This document shows positions 18,127 through 27,931 of a stretch of 40,060 nucleotides of DNA, in pieces. The notes under the pieces are model-generated. The model was not told the DNA's origin and ran no database searches. It saw only the letters and a program-made list of their open reading frames with translations. Each line of letters begins with the position of its first letter. Positions within the stretch are counted from its first letter, which is position 1. The DNA comes from a virus. Its lineage: Duplodnaviria > Heunggongvirae > Uroviricota > Caudoviricetes. The translations under genes and the position numbers were made by a program. The stretch lies in IMG/VR virus record IMGVR_UViG_2563366805_000009; one strand, given 5' to 3'.

Positions 18127-18777
18127 ATGAGCCTGAGTCCCGCACGGCAGCATCGCCTGCGCGTTCAGGCTGAACAGGCCGCCCGCGAGGGCGGCAGCGT
18201 TCGCCACGCGTCGGGCTATGACCTGATGCTGCTGCAACTGGCGGAAGACCGCCGCCGTCTCAAGGGCGTTCAGTCCACGGTCAAAAAAGCGGAAATCAAG
18301 GTGGAGCTGCTGCCGAAGTACGCCGCTTGGGCGGAGGGTGTCCTGGCTGCCGGAGGCGCTCAACAGGATGACGTGCTGATGTACGTGATGCTGTGGCGCA
18401 TTGATGCCGGAGATTATGCCGGGGCGCTGGAGATCGGGCGTCACGCCCTGCGTCATGGCTGGGTGATGCCGTTAGGTAACCGCAACGTGCAGACCGTGCT
18501 GGCAGAGGAAATGGCAGATGCAGCCCAGAGCGCAATGCTTGCCGCCACCGGCTTTGATGCCGATCTGTTGCTGCAGACCCTGGAGCTGACAGACGGTATG
18601 GATATGCCGGACCAGTCACGGGCGCGTCTGCATAAAGCGATTGGCGCTGTCCTGAGTGAAAGAAATCCGGCGTCTGCCCTTAATCATCTCAACCATGCGT
18701 TACAGCTCGATCCCCGCTGTGGCGTGAAAAAAGACAAACAGCAGCTGGAGCGCAGACTGCGCAATGACAGCCGCTGA
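18127..18777 (+). CDS. M: Terminase small (endonuclease) subunit gpM
   Basis: 216 aa, located between N and L as in P2. Confidence 0.85.
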   Translation: MSLSPARQHRLRVQAEQAAREGGSVRHASGYDLMLLQLAEDRRRLKGVQSTVKKAEIKVELLPKYAAWAEGVLAAGGAQQDDVLMYVMLWRIDAGDYAGALEIGRHALRHGWVMPLGNRNVQTVLAEEMADAAQSAMLAATGFDADLLLQTLELTDGMDMPDQSRARLHKAIGAVLSERNPASALNHLNHALQLDPRCGVKKDKQQLERRLRNDSR

Positions 18778-18872
18778 CAGAACGTGCCCCCGCGCACGGG
18801 CGGCACGGGGTGGCGAAAGGCACTGCCACATCAAAACCCCGTCCACCGCCCTCTATTTCAGGAGAAAGCAGC

Positions 18873-19337
18873 ATGAAGTTTGTTGCGCCAGAACAGGCAC
18901 CGGAACAGGCGGAAATCATCAGGAATACGCCGTTCTGGCCTGATGTGGACCTGTCGGAGTTTCGCAGTGTGATGCGCACTGACGGCACGGTGACGCAGCC
19001 GCGTTTAAAACAGGTTGCTCTGTCGGCAATTTCGGAGGTCAACGCAGAGCTGTATGAGTTTCGCAGACGCCAGCAGATGCTGGGGTATGCCTCGCTGGCA
19101 GAAGTCCCGGCGGAACAACTGGACGGCAAAAGCGAGCGCATTCAGCACTATTTCAACGCGGTTTATTGCTGGGCACGCGCCATGCTCAACGAACGTTACC
19201 AGGACTATGACGCCACGGCATCCGGTGCGAAGCGAGGCGAGGAACTGGCGGAAGCAAGCGGTGATTTATGGCGTGACGCCCGCTGGGCCATCAGCCGGGT
19301 GCAGGATGCGCCGCACTGCACAGTGGAGCTTATCTGA
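18873..19337 (+). CDS. L: Head completion/stabilisation protein gpL
   Basis: AGGAGA RBS precedes ATG 18873 (MKFVAPEQAPEQ...). The upstream extension in the ORF track is unsupported. Confidence 0.85.
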   Translation: MKFVAPEQAPEQAEIIRNTPFWPDVDLSEFRSVMRTDGTVTQPRLKQVALSAISEVNAELYEFRRRQQMLGYASLAEVPAEQLDGKSERIQHYFNAVYCWARAMLNERYQDYDATASGAKRGEELAEASGDLWRDARWAISRVQDAPHCTVELI

Positions 19338-19540
19338 TGAAAGTGCGTGCGCATCAGTATGACACGGTGGACGCACTTTGCTGGCGTCATTACGGGCGCA
19401 CGCAGGGTGTCACGGAGCAGGTACTGAAGGCAAATCCGGGGCTTGCCGAATACGGCCCCTTTTTACCTCACGGGCTGCAGGTGGAGCTGCCGGACATTCC
19501 GACAACCACCACCGTGCAGACCGTCCAGCTATGGGACTGA
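19337..19540 (+). CDS. X: Tail protein X
   Basis: 67 aa with a LysM-like sequence (YDTVDALCWRHYG), at the P2 X position. Confidence 0.85.
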   Translation: MKVRAHQYDTVDALCWRHYGRTQGVTEQVLKANPGLAEYGPFLPHGLQVELPDIPTTTTVQTVQLWD

Positions 19541-19543
19541 ATT

Positions 19544-19759
19544 ATGACGCTTGAGCGAATCAGCGCCTTTATCACGTATTGCATCGCCGTCGTGCTGGCC
19601 TGGCTGGGCGATTTGTCCATCAAGGATGCCTCAACGCTGGGCGGCCTGATGATCGGTGTGCTGATGCTGGCTATCAACTGGTACTACAAACACAAAGCCT
19701 ACCAGCTTCTGCGCGACGGGCAGATCTCGCGGGAGGACTATGAATCCATCAATCGTTAA
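19544..19759 (+). CDS. Holin (class II-like, two TM segments)
   Basis: 71 aa with two hydrophobic helices and a charged C-terminus, immediately upstream of the endolysin. Confidence 0.7.
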   Translation: MTLERISAFITYCIAVVLAWLGDLSIKDASTLGGLMIGVLMLAINWYYKHKAYQLLRDGQISREDYESINR

Positions 19760-20252
19760 ACGCTGCCTTGTCGGGGCCGTGCTGGCTATTGCTGCCACGC
19801 TGCCGGGGTTTCAGCAGCTTCACACCTCCGAGGAGGGACTGAAACTGATCGCCGATTATGAAGGCTGTCGTCTGCAGCCGTATCAGTGCAGCGCGGGTGT
19901 CTGGACCGACGGCATTGGTAATACGTCGGGCGTCATTCCCGGCAAAATTATTACGGAACGACAGGCAGCTGAAGGGCTGATCTCCAACGTGCTACGAGTG
20001 GAGCGGGCGCTGGAAAGGTGTGTGAAGCAACAGCCGCCGCAGAAGGTGTATGACGCTACGGTGTCGTTTGCCTTCAACGTGGGGACGGGCAATGCCTGTA
20101 GTTCCACGCTGGTGAAATTGCTCAATCAGCGGCGCTGGGCGGATGCATGCCGACAGTTGCCGCGCTGGGTTTATGTGAAAGGTGTTTTTAATCAGGGGCT
20201 GGATAACCGCCGTGCGCGGGAGATGGCCTGGTGTTTACAGGGAGCAAACTGA
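19740..20252 (+). CDS. SAR endolysin (GH24 lysozyme)
   Basis: N-terminal weakly hydrophobic signal-anchor (CLVGAVLAIAATLPG). Catalytic pattern E-x8-C-x5-T in YEGCRLQPYQCSAGVWTDGIGNT. Confidence 0.85.
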   Translation: MNPSIVKRCLVGAVLAIAATLPGFQQLHTSEEGLKLIADYEGCRLQPYQCSAGVWTDGIGNTSGVIPGKIITERQAAEGLISNVLRVERALERCVKQQPPQKVYDATVSFAFNVGTGNACSSTLVKLLNQRRWADACRQLPRWVYVKGVFNQGLDNRRAREMAWCLQGAN

Positions 20253-20253
20253 A

Positions 20254-20631
20254 ATGAAAAAGAAATTAATCAGCGGACTGTTTCTGATGTTATGGATGGC
20301 GCTGTTAATCGCAGCAATGGTGTATCCGCAGAGGATTTTTCCGGTACTGGCAGCGTCCGGCGTTTGGGTAGCCTGTTTGCTGACATGGGCGGTAATTCCG
20401 GTAGCACTGGCTGCGTTAATTAAGAATGGCCCGCTCTGGCAGGAGTTAAGGGCATCTTTGCTGAAGACAATTACCCGAAAAGAAAACGTATTTACCAGTT
20501 GGGTGATGCGATTGCTGATTGTTGTAAGTCTCGCCTGGACGGGGTGGGCTATTACCCTGGTCTTTTATCTACTGACCGTTATTGCCTTCTGGATCACCCG
20601 TAATCAGATGGCGCAACAGGTAGCAGCATGA
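20254..20631 (+). CDS. LysA-like multi-pass membrane protein (lysis timing)
   Basis: 125 aa with about 4 hydrophobic helices. GGAG precedes ATG 20254. Occupies the P2 lysA position. Confidence 0.6.
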   Translation: MKKKLISGLFLMLWMALLIAAMVYPQRIFPVLAASGVWVACLLTWAVIPVALAALIKNGPLWQELRASLLKTITRKENVFTSWVMRLLIVVSLAWTGWAITLVFYLLTVIAFWITRNQMAQQVAA

Positions 20632-21056
20632 ACCGGTTGCTGCTGGTTGTGCTGACGTTATTACTGGCGGCGCTGGGCTGGCAGACGTGGCGGCTGGCTG
20701 ATGCCAGCCAGACCATCAGCACGCAGGCAGACGAGCTGCAGAGCAAAAGCCAGGCACTGGCAAAGAGCAATAGCCAGCTTATCAGCCTGTCCATTCTGAC
20801 TGAAACCAATAACCGGGAGCAGGCGCGGCTCTATGCCGAAGCAGAACAGACCAGCACGCTGCTGAGACAACGACAACACCGGATCGAGGAACTGAAACGT
20901 GAGAACGAGGATTTACGCCGCTGGGCTGATACTCCTTTGCCTGCTGACATTATCCGGCTGCGGAAACGTCCGGCACTCACCGGAGGTATGGCTTACCGTC
21001 AGTGGTTGTCCGCGAGTGACGCCGTGTCGGCTGGATCAGGCAACGCCGCGCACTAA
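20628..21056 (+). CDS. lysB: LysB / Rz-like inner-membrane spanin
   Basis: N-terminal TM segment (LLLVVLTLLLAALGW) followed by a coiled-coil periplasmic domain. Confidence 0.8.
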   Translation: MNRLLLVVLTLLLAALGWQTWRLADASQTISTQADELQSKSQALAKSNSQLISLSILTETNNREQARLYAEAEQTSTLLRQRQHRIEELKRENEDLRRWADTPLPADIIRLRKRPALTGGMAYRQWLSASDAVSAGSGNAAH

Positions 21057-21189
21057 CGGTGATCTGAACGCGTTGCTGGATGAAACGGAGGCCGCCTGGG
21101 CGGTCTGTGCAGACAAAGTGGACATGATTATTGCGTGTCAGGAGCGAAACAGTGAACAAACCACAATCCCTGCGCCACGCCCTCAATAA
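20899..21189 (+). CDS. lysC: LysC / Rz1-like outer-membrane lipoprotein spanin (overlapped architecture)
   Basis: Starts in an alternative frame inside lysB and extends beyond it. Lipobox LSGC. Pro-rich mature part. GTG start. Confidence 0.7.
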   Translation: MRTRIYAAGLILLCLLTLSGCGNVRHSPEVWLTVSGCPRVTPCRLDQATPRTNGDLNALLDETEAAWAVCADKVDMIIACQERNSEQTTIPAPRPQ

Positions 21190-21583
21190 AGCGGTGCCTT
21201 ATGTCCGCAATAACCCGGACAAACTGCATCTGTTTGTGGATAACGGTTCGCTGGTTGCCACGGGGGCCAGCTCCATGTCGTGGGAGTACCGTTACACACT
21301 GAACGCGGTGATTGAGGATTTCAGCGGCGACCAGAATCTGCTGATGGCCCCGGTTTTGCTGTGGCTGAGGGATAACCAGCCCGATGCCATCAATAACCCG
21401 GCGTTACGGGAAAAGCTATTCACCTTTGAGGTGGATATTCTGCGCAACGATGTCTGTGATATCAGCCTGAACCTGCAACTGACGGAACGTGTGCTGGTCA
21501 GCACTGACGGCAGTGTGTCGAGCGTTGAAGCTATAGCGGAACCTGATGCACCAGAAGAAATGTGGACGGTGAAACGTGGCTGA
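21152..21583 (+). CDS. R: Tail completion protein gpR
   Basis: GTG 21152 follows GGAG. NKPQSLRHALNKAVPYVRNNPDKLHLFVDNG resembles the P2 R N-terminus. Confidence 0.8.
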   Translation: MNKPQSLRHALNKAVPYVRNNPDKLHLFVDNGSLVATGASSMSWEYRYTLNAVIEDFSGDQNLLMAPVLLWLRDNQPDAINNPALREKLFTFEVDILRNDVCDISLNLQLTERVLVSTDGSVSSVEAIAEPDAPEEMWTVKRG

Positions 21584-22022
21584 ACTGCAGAAGGTGGACG
21601 ACTGGCTGAGTGCCTTGCTGGCGAATCTGGAACCAGCCTCGAGAAGCCGCATGATGCGCCAGCTGGCGCAGGAACTTCGCCGGACACAGCAGCAGAATAT
21701 CAGGATGCAGCGCAACCCTGACGGCAGCGGCTATGAACCGCGACGGGTAACAGCACGCAGTAAAAAAGGCCGTATCAAACGTCAGATGTTTGCAAAGCTG
21801 CGCACCACAAAATACCTGAAAACTGCCGCCAGCACCGACTCTGCCAGCGTGCAGTTTGAAGGCAAGGTGCAGCGCATTGCCCGCATTCACCATTACGGCC
21901 TGCGAGATCGCGTCAGTCGTAAGGGACCGGAGGTGCGTTACGCAGAGCGTCGCCTTCTGGGTGTAAATGATGATGTTGAGGCAATGACCCGCGACATGAT
22001 TCTGCAATGGCTGGCGGGGTGA
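21576..22022 (+). CDS. S: Tail completion / virion morphogenesis protein gpS
   Basis: 148 aa. Overlaps the R stop. P2 gene order. Confidence 0.8.
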   Translation: MAELQKVDDWLSALLANLEPASRSRMMRQLAQELRRTQQQNIRMQRNPDGSGYEPRRVTARSKKGRIKRQMFAKLRTTKYLKTAASTDSASVQFEGKVQRIARIHHYGLRDRVSRKGPEVRYAERRLLGVNDDVEAMTRDMILQWLAG

Positions 22023-22026
22023 TCTT

Positions 22027-22044
22027 TGTATCAGCACTGATACA
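22027..22044. promoter_or_regulatory. Ogr-type late-promoter dyad (PV)
   Basis: TGTATCAGCACTGATACA (TGT-N12-ACA, part of the near-perfect palindrome TTGTATCAGCACTGATACAA), located upstream of gene V. Confidence 0.65.
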
Positions 22045-22090
22045 AGTTGCAGCACTGCCGCCTTTCTTCCCCTGATGGCAACCTTTCCCT

Positions 22091-22669
22091 ATGAACGCAC
22101 AATTAACCGAAATCATGCGCCTTATCACCAACCTGATCCGCACAGGGGTAGTCACCGAAGTGGACAGGGAAAACTGGCTTTGCCGGGTGAAAACGGGCGA
22201 CCTTGAAACCAACTGGATTAACTGGCTGACGCTGCGCGCGGGTAATGCCCGGACATGGTGGCGACCATCGGAAGGTGAGCAGGTGGTGCTACTGAGTCTG
22301 GGCGGCAATCTGGAAACAGCCTTTGCGCTGCCCGCCATCTATTCGAATCAGTTCGCGCCACCGTCGACGTCGGCAGACGCCTGCGTGACAGAACATCCTG
22401 ACGGTGGCTGGTTTGAATACGAACCTGCCACCGGGCGTTGGTATGTAAGGGGCATCAAATCAATGGTCATTGAGGCCGCTGACAACATCACCATGAAAAC
22501 CAGTGAGTTTGTACTGGAGGCTGACCACACGCGCATTAACAGCGAAGTGGTGATCAATGGTGGCGTTACCCAGGGCGGCGGAGTGATGAGTTCTAACGGG
22601 ATTGTGGTTGATGCACATCAGCATACTGGCGTCCTGAAAGGCGGCGACACAACCGGAGGCCCGGTATGA
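22091..22669 (+). CDS. V: Baseplate spike/assembly protein gpV
   Basis: 192 aa. P2 V-like N-terminus and position. Confidence 0.85.
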   Translation: MNAQLTEIMRLITNLIRTGVVTEVDRENWLCRVKTGDLETNWINWLTLRAGNARTWWRPSEGEQVVLLSLGGNLETAFALPAIYSNQFAPPSTSADACVTEHPDGGWFEYEPATGRWYVRGIKSMVIEAADNITMKTSEFVLEADHTRINSEVVINGGVTQGGGVMSSNGIVVDAHQHTGVLKGGDTTGGPV

Positions 22670-23025
22670 CGCTTTATAGCGGGATGAACAATACCAGCGG
22701 TAAAGCCATTACTGATATTGACCATCTGCGCCAGTCGGTGCGGGACATTTTGCTGACGCCGCAGGGTAGCCGCATTGCCCGTCGGGAATATGGTTCCCTG
22801 CTGTCGGCACTGATAGACCAGCCACAAAATCCGGCATTACGCCTGCAGGTCATGTCGGCAGTGTATGTGGCGCTGAGTCGCTGGGAGCCACGGCTGACGC
22901 TGGATTCCATCACCATCAACAGCAACTTTGACGGTTCTATGGTGGTGGAGCTGACCGGGCGGCGGAATAACGGTGTGCCTGTGTCCCTTTCCGTATCAAC
23001 AGGAGCAGAGAATGGCAATGATTGA
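22666..23025 (+). CDS. W: Baseplate wedge protein gpW (gp25-like)
   Basis: 119 aa. GPW/gp25 family features (ITDIDHLRQSVRDILLTPQGSR..REYGS). Confidence 0.85.
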   Translation: MTLYSGMNNTSGKAITDIDHLRQSVRDILLTPQGSRIARREYGSLLSALIDQPQNPALRLQVMSAVYVALSRWEPRLTLDSITINSNFDGSMVVELTGRRNNGVPVSLSVSTGAENGND

Positions 23026-23920
23026 CCTTTCGCAGTTGCCTGCACCGCAGATTGTGGATGTGCCGGACTTTGAGACGCTGCTTGCCGAACGCAAGGCAGA
23101 ATTTGTGGCGCTTCATCCGAAAGATGAGCAGGAAGCCGTGATCCGCACGCTGGAACTGGAATCTGAACCCGTCACTAAATTGTTGCAGGAGAACGCTTAC
23201 CGTGAGTTGCTTCTGCGCCAGCGCATTAACGAAGCCGCACAGGCGGTGATGGTGGCTTACGCGATGGGCGGCGATCTTGACCAGCTCGCTGCCAACTACA
23301 ACGTGACACGCCTGACGGTGACGCCTGCTGATAATGATGCTGTGCCGCCCGTTGCAGCTGTGATGGAAAGCGATGAAGCGTTACGCCTGCGTGTGCCTGC
23401 AGCCTTTGAAGGGCTTTCTGTTGCGGGGCCAACTGCAGCTTATGAATTTCATGCCCGAAGCGCCGACGGTAGGGTGGCGGATGCCAGTGCAACCAGCCCG
23501 GCACCTGCAGAGGTGGTGCTGACTGTCCTTAGCCGCGAAGGCGATGGAACTGCAGAAAAAGACCTGCTGGACGTGGTGGAAAAAGCTCTGAACAGTGAGA
23601 ACGTCCGCCCGGTGGCTGACCGTCTGACGGTTCGCAGCGCAGAAATCATCCCGTATCGCGTGGAAGCCACCATTTTTCTCTATCCGGGACCGGAAGCAGA
23701 GCCGGTAATGGCAGCGGCAAAAGCCAGCCTGCAGAAGTACATCGCCAGTCAGACGCGTCTTGGTCGGGATATTCGCCGTAGCGCCATCTTTGCCGCCCTG
23801 CATGTTGAGGGTGTGCAGCGTGTGGAGCTGGCTTCTCCTCTGGCGGATGTGGTCCTGAACAAAACACAGGCGGCATCATGTACGCAGTGGAGCGTAACCA
23901 ACGGAGGAACGGATGAATAG
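23012..23920 (+). CDS. J: Baseplate protein gpJ
   Basis: AGGAG RBS plus ATG 23012 gives 302 aa, the length I recall for P2 J. Confidence 0.85.
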   Translation: MAMIDLSQLPAPQIVDVPDFETLLAERKAEFVALHPKDEQEAVIRTLELESEPVTKLLQENAYRELLLRQRINEAAQAVMVAYAMGGDLDQLAANYNVTRLTVTPADNDAVPPVAAVMESDEALRLRVPAAFEGLSVAGPTAAYEFHARSADGRVADASATSPAPAEVVLTVLSREGDGTAEKDLLDVVEKALNSENVRPVADRLTVRSAEIIPYRVEATIFLYPGPEAEPVMAAAKASLQKYIASQTRLGRDIRRSAIFAALHVEGVQRVELASPLADVVLNKTQAASCTQWSVTNGGTDE

Positions 23921-24518
23921 TCTGCTGCCACGGGGTTCAACTTCACTGGAGCGCCGACTGGCGCAAACCTGTAGCGGGATTTCTGATCTGCAGGTGCCGC
24001 TGCGTGACTTGTGGAATCCGGCTACCTGTCCGGTCAGCTTCCTGCCTTATCTCGCCTGGGCGTTCTCTGTGGATCGCTGGGACGAGGGCTGGACAGAAAG
24101 CGTCAAACGCCAGGTAGTGAAGGATGCTTTTTATATTCATCAGCATAAAGGAACCACCAGTGCCGTGCGGCGGGTGGTGGAACCGTTCGGATTCCTGATC
24201 CGCATTATTGAGTGGTGGCAAACCGGAGAGGCTCCGGGCACGTTTCGCCTGGATATCGGCGTGCAGGACCAGGGCATCACTGAAGATACCTATCTGGAAC
24301 TTGAGCGACTGATAAGCGATGCCAAACCATGTAGCCGCCACATGATCGGCATGTCCATCAATCTGCAGACCAGCGGCCCGCATTGGGTGGGAGCCGCCAG
24401 CTATCTTGGCGAAGAAATCACGATCTATCCGTATATCAACGAAACAATTATTTCTGGCGGCACCGCGCATGAAGGCGGGGCGGTCCATGTTATTGACACA
24501 ATGAGAGTGAATCCATGA
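23913..24518 (+). CDS. I: Baseplate/tail protein gpI
   Basis: 201 aa. P2 I position and sequence type. Confidence 0.8.
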   Translation: MNSLLPRGSTSLERRLAQTCSGISDLQVPLRDLWNPATCPVSFLPYLAWAFSVDRWDEGWTESVKRQVVKDAFYIHQHKGTTSAVRRVVEPFGFLIRIIEWWQTGEAPGTFRLDIGVQDQGITEDTYLELERLISDAKPCSRHMIGMSINLQTSGPHWVGAASYLGEEITIYPYINETIISGGTAHEGGAVHVIDTMRVNP

Positions 24519-25897
24519 GCACAAAATTTTATACCCTGCTGACGGATATTGGCGCGGCGAAACTTGTCAGCGCCGCCGCGCTCGGTGTGCCGCTAAAAAT
24601 TACCCATATGGCGGTGGGCGATGGTGGCGGAACATTGCCGACGCCGGACGCAAAGCAGAGTGCACTGGTAAATGAGAAACGTCGGGCTGCGCTGAATATG
24701 CTCTATATCGACCCACAGAACAGCAGCCAGATTATTGCTGAACAGGTGATCCCTGAAAACGAGGGCGGTTGGTGGATACGTGAAGTGGGCCTGTTTGATG
24801 AGTCAGGGGCATTGATTGCCGTGGGCAACTGCCCGGAAAGCTATAAGCCGCAACTGGCTGAAGGCAGCGGGCGTACCCAGACCGTGCGCATGGTGCTGAT
24901 TACCAGCAGCACGGACAATATCACCCTGAAAATCGACCCTGCTGTAGTGCTGGCAACCCGCAAGTATGTGGATGACAAGGCACTGGAGCTGAAGGTGTAC
25001 GCGGATGATCAGATGGCAAAACATCTTGCCGCACCGGACCCGCATTCACAGTATGCAGCCAAAGAAAGTCCTACGTTTACCGGGACACCCAAAGCGCCAA
25101 CGCCAGCGACGGGGAATAACACCACGCAGGTTGCGACCACCGCATTTGTTCAGGCGGCACTGACGGCTCTTATTAATGATGCGCCAGCCACGCTGGACAC
25201 GCTGAAAGAAATAGCCGTAGCCATTAACAATGATCCGAAATTCAGTACCACCATTAACAATGCGCTGGCACTGAAAGCGCCGCTGTCGAGTCCGGCACTC
25301 ACCGGAACGCCAACCGCACCGACTGCGGCACAGTCGGTCAACAATACACAGATTGCCACCACGGCATTTGTGAAATCGGCGATTGCGGCAATGGTGGGTT
25401 CTGCACCTGCGGCACTGGATACACTGAACGAACTGGCGGCGGCGCTGGGGAATGACCCGAACTTTGCCACGACAATGCTTAATGCACTGGCAGGTAAACA
25501 ACCGCTGGACAATACGCTGACTCATTTGAGTGGAAAGGATGTTGCTAGTCTTCTCGCATACCTTGGTTTGGGAGAAGCGGCAAAACGGAATGTGGGAACA
25601 GGGGAAAATCAGATACCTGATATGTCATCATATGCATCAGGTTCAGGCTGGCGAAAAATGCCAGATGGTTCAATTGAACAGTGGGGACGAATTAGTTTTC
25701 CTGGTGAACACGGGCCTGTATCCGCCAATGTTTCATTCCCGATTCCATTTACACAGACACCTGGCATTGTAATTGTGTGCGATGGTGGTTTCGGGGGCGG
25801 GAATATGTGGGGGGCGACCAACTGGAGCACTACCGGCTTCATAGCTCACTGCAATTATGGTCTTGAAGGTGGTGCGTTTTTCGCTAAGGGCTGGTAA
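24515..25897 (+). CDS. H: Tail fibre protein gpH (constant part fused to variable cassette Sv1)
   Basis: 460 aa with tail-fibre repeats (TTAFV..AP..LDTL.E.A.A..NDP.F.TT..NAL..K.PL, twice). Crossover site ix1 lies in-frame at 25551-25576. The C-terminal 110 aa (25565..25897) form the invertible cassette. Confidence 0.9.
   Translation: MSTKFYTLLTDIGAAKLVSAAALGVPLKITHMAVGDGGGTLPTPDAKQSALVNEKRRAALNMLYIDPQNSSQIIAEQVIPENEGGWWIREVGLFDESGALIAVGNCPESYKPQLAEGSGRTQTVRMVLITSSTDNITLKIDPAVVLATRKYVDDKALELKVYADDQMAKHLAAPDPHSQYAAKESPTFTGTPKAPTPATGNNTTQVATTAFVQAALTALINDAPATLDTLKEIAVAINNDPKFSTTINNALALKAPLSSPALTGTPTAPTAAQSVNNTQIATTAFVKSAIAAMVGSAPAALDTLNELAAALGNDPNFATTMLNALAGKQPLDNTLTHLSGKDVASLLAYLGLGEAAKRNVGTGENQIPDMSSYASGSGWRKMPDGSIEQWGRISFPGEHGPVSANVSFPIPFTQTPGIVIVCDGGFGGGNMWGATNWSTTGFIAHCNYGLEGGAFFAKGW
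25551..25576. other. Invertase crossover site ix1 (Hc half / Sv1 half)
   Basis: TTCTCGCATACC-TT-GGTTTGGGAGAA is a 26-bp imperfect palindrome resembling hix/gix/pix sites (compare hixL, TTCTTGAAAACC-AA-GGTTTTTGATAA). Confidence 0.75.
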
Positions 25898-26340
25898 TGA
25901 TGAAATATCTGTACGTAAACAACCTGGCATATCCTTACGAACTTCAGTCTCTTTATGTTGAAAAAGGTGAATGGCCTGAAGAAAAAGGTGTTGATATAGA
26001 CGAAGTAATTTTCAGGGAATATTTCTATGACACACCACCAGAAGGAAAATACAGATGTGTTGGAGAAGATGGACTGCCTGCATGGGCAGATATTCCTCCA
26101 CCAACACGTGAAGAACAAATTGCATCAGCCGAAACTAAAAAGCAGCAATTGATTAATCAGGCCAACGATTATATGAACAGTAGACAATGGGTTGGTAAAG
26201 CGGCTATTGGTCGTCTGAAAGGTGAGGAACTGGCGCAATATAATTTGTGGCTGGATTATCTGGACGCACTGGAGCTGGTCGATACTTCCGGTGCACCAGA
26301 TATTGAATGGCCTACGCCTCCGGCAGTTCAGGCCAGATGA
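25897..26340 (+). CDS. Tail fibre assembly chaperone Tfa1 (partner of Sv1, gpG/Mu U-like)
   Basis: 147 aa. ATGA coupling to the H stop. The C-terminal tail-fibre-assembly motif region overlaps the convergent Tfa2 gene. Confidence 0.85.
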   Translation: MMKYLYVNNLAYPYELQSLYVEKGEWPEEKGVDIDEVIFREYFYDTPPEGKYRCVGEDGLPAWADIPPPTREEQIASAETKKQQLINQANDYMNSRQWVGKAAIGRLKGEELAQYNLWLDYLDALELVDTSGAPDIEWPTPPAVQAR

Positions 26341-26914
26341 CATCCGGCGCGGTGCTGGTATCTGTTGCCGTCACCGCGTCAATGTAATCCAGCACGGCGT
26401 TAAGGCGGGTTGTTTCTGCCTGCGTCAGCTTCCGTCCGGCCTGTAATTTCAGTTGAATCAGACTGATGGAGGCCATTGCAGTATCAATCAGCGACTGGCG
26501 CTGTGCTTCTGCTGCATCTACTGCTGCGCCGTGCTGTGCCTCAGTATCGGTCACCCATTTCTCACCATCCCATTTATCGTATGGCGTTAACGGGGCGATA
26601 GTGGTTGTATTTTCAGGGTAATCACCCGGAGTTGTGATTTCTTTGGCTTCTCCCGTTTCGGTGTTATAGACGATTTCACCGCGATGGTCTGGCACATATT
26701 CCCATGAGTTAAAATCTGCAGAACGGCAGATAGCATAACCAGCCTTATATGTGCCTGGTGAATCTAAACAGGAATATGCCGGGATACCAACACCAACGGC
26801 AAGATATTCATTTGAAGTGGAAATATATTCCCGTATTTCACCATCATAGTTATAGACGGTAATATTCCCTGCCTTCGTGGCAATAATCTCGCTATTTAAT
26901 ACAGCGTTATCCAT
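26312..26914 (-). CDS. Tail fibre assembly chaperone Tfa2 (partner of Sv2), copy 1
   Basis: 200 aa. Convergent with Tfa1, as for Mu U/U'. Confidence 0.8.
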   Translation of the reverse strand: MDNAVLNSEIIATKAGNITVYNYDGEIREYISTSNEYLAVGVGIPAYSCLDSPGTYKAGYAICRSADFNSWEYVPDHRGEIVYNTETGEAKEITTPGDYPENTTTIAPLTPYDKWDGEKWVTDTEAQHGAAVDAAEAQRQSLIDTAMASISLIQLKLQAGRKLTQAETTRLNAVLDYIDAVTATDTSTAPDVIWPELPEA

Positions 26915-27393
26915 TATGCAGCCCTCACAATATAATTAAAGGCAATGTTACGTGGGCGGTTCTCATTTGCGGTTGGGACAACGGCTGAAGCATTAAAATT
27001 CGCATACAGGGAGCGTTGATACCCGGATGCTGATGCACCACTTAATGCGGGAGCTTTTGACTCCGAAGCCGAAAAGGCCCCTGACACGTATCCTAATAAC
27101 CCTTGTGAATCGCCAATTGAACTGTAGCCAACCACCCCGGTAATGTTTCGGATAGCATCTCCTTGTGCTGAAAGCAGAGTTCGCCCACTATCCACTCCCT
27201 TTCCACCATCCCAGCCACGAATAAACTCACCGCGTAAATCAGGCAATTTTAACGTCGGGTAAGCCTTTGCCAGATTAGGGTAATCTTCAGCAGAAAAAGC
27301 CGCACCGTTGCATTTCAGCCAGCCTGTTGGCGGTGTGGCTGAAGGCCATGGAACAGGCACACCAACAGGCAGCGCAGAGCCTTCCCCTAAACC
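26914..27393 (-). CDS. Silent alternative tail-fibre C-terminal cassette Sv2, copy 1 (no start of its own)
   Basis: The frame is continuous from crossover site ix2. GLGEGSALPVGVPVPWPSATPPTGWLKCNGAAFSAEDYP is a Mu S / tail-collar-type receptor-binding C-terminus. Confidence 0.75.
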   Translation of the reverse strand, partial: GLGEGSALPVGVPVPWPSATPPTGWLKCNGAAFSAEDYPNLAKAYPTLKLPDLRGEFIRGWDGGKGVDSGRTLLSAQGDAIRNITGVVGYSSIGDSQGLLGYVSGAFSASESKAPALSGASASGYQRSLYANFNASAVVPTANENRPRNIAFNYIVRAA

Positions 27394-27407
27394 AACGTTT
27401 AAGAAAA
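27382..27407. other. Crossover site ix2 (Sv2 half / invertase-side half)
   Basis: TTCCCCTAAACC-AA-CGTTTAAGAAAA. Confidence 0.7.
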
Positions 27408-27437
27408 TGCAGAGGTGTGGAAAGGATGTTGCTAGTC

Positions 27438-27463
27438 TTCTCGCATACCTTGGTTTAGGGGAA
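27438..27463. other. Crossover site ix3 (duplicated Hc half / Sv2 half)
   Basis: TTCTCGCATACC-TT-GGTTTAGGGGAA, preceded by a 21-bp copy of the H constant region (27417..27437 is identical to 25530..25550). Confidence 0.7.
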
Positions 27464-27931
27464 GGCTCTGCGCTGCCTGTTGGTGTGCCTGTTCCATGGC
27501 CTTCAGCCACACCGCCAACAGGCTGGCTGAAATGCAACGGTGCGGCTTTTTCTGCTGAAGATTACCCTAATCTGGCAAAGGCTTACCCGACGTTAAAATT
27601 GCCTGATTTACGCGGTGAGTTTATTCGTGGCTGGGATGGTGGAAAGGGAGTGGATAGTGGGCGAACTCTGCTTTCAGCACAAGGAGATGCTATCCGAAAC
27701 ATTACCGGGGTGGTTGGCTACAGTTCAATTGGCGATTCACAAGGGTTATTAGGATACGTGTCAGGGGCCTTTTCGGCTTCGGAGTCAAAAGCTCCCGCAT
27801 TAAGTGGTGCATCAGCATCCGGGTATCAACGCTCCCTGTATGCGAATTTTAATGCTTCAGCCGTTGTCCCAACCGCAAATGAGAACCGCCCACGTAACAT
27901 TGCCTTTAATTATATTGTGAGGGCTGCATAA
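27452..27931 (+). CDS. Sv2 cassette, copy 2 (not joined to full-length H)
   Basis: Mirror image of 26914..27393. Confidence 0.7.
   Translation, partial: GLGEGSALPVGVPVPWPSATPPTGWLKCNGAAFSAEDYPNLAKAYPTLKLPDLRGEFIRGWDGGKGVDSGRTLLSAQGDAIRNITGVVGYSSIGDSQGLLGYVSGAFSASESKAPALSGASASGYQRSLYANFNASAVVPTANENRPRNIAFNYIVRAA

Noticed and set aside
27308-27451. N-terminal MHFSQPVGGVAEGHGTGTPTGSAEPSPKP... part of the twin 207-aa ORFs (26914..27537 minus, 27308..27931 plus)
   Set aside because: These first ~48 codons are the antisense of the opposite palindrome arm read across the centre. Only the portion from the crossover site onward (the Sv2 cassette) is tail-fibre-like, so the 207-aa ORFs are artefacts of the mirror structure.
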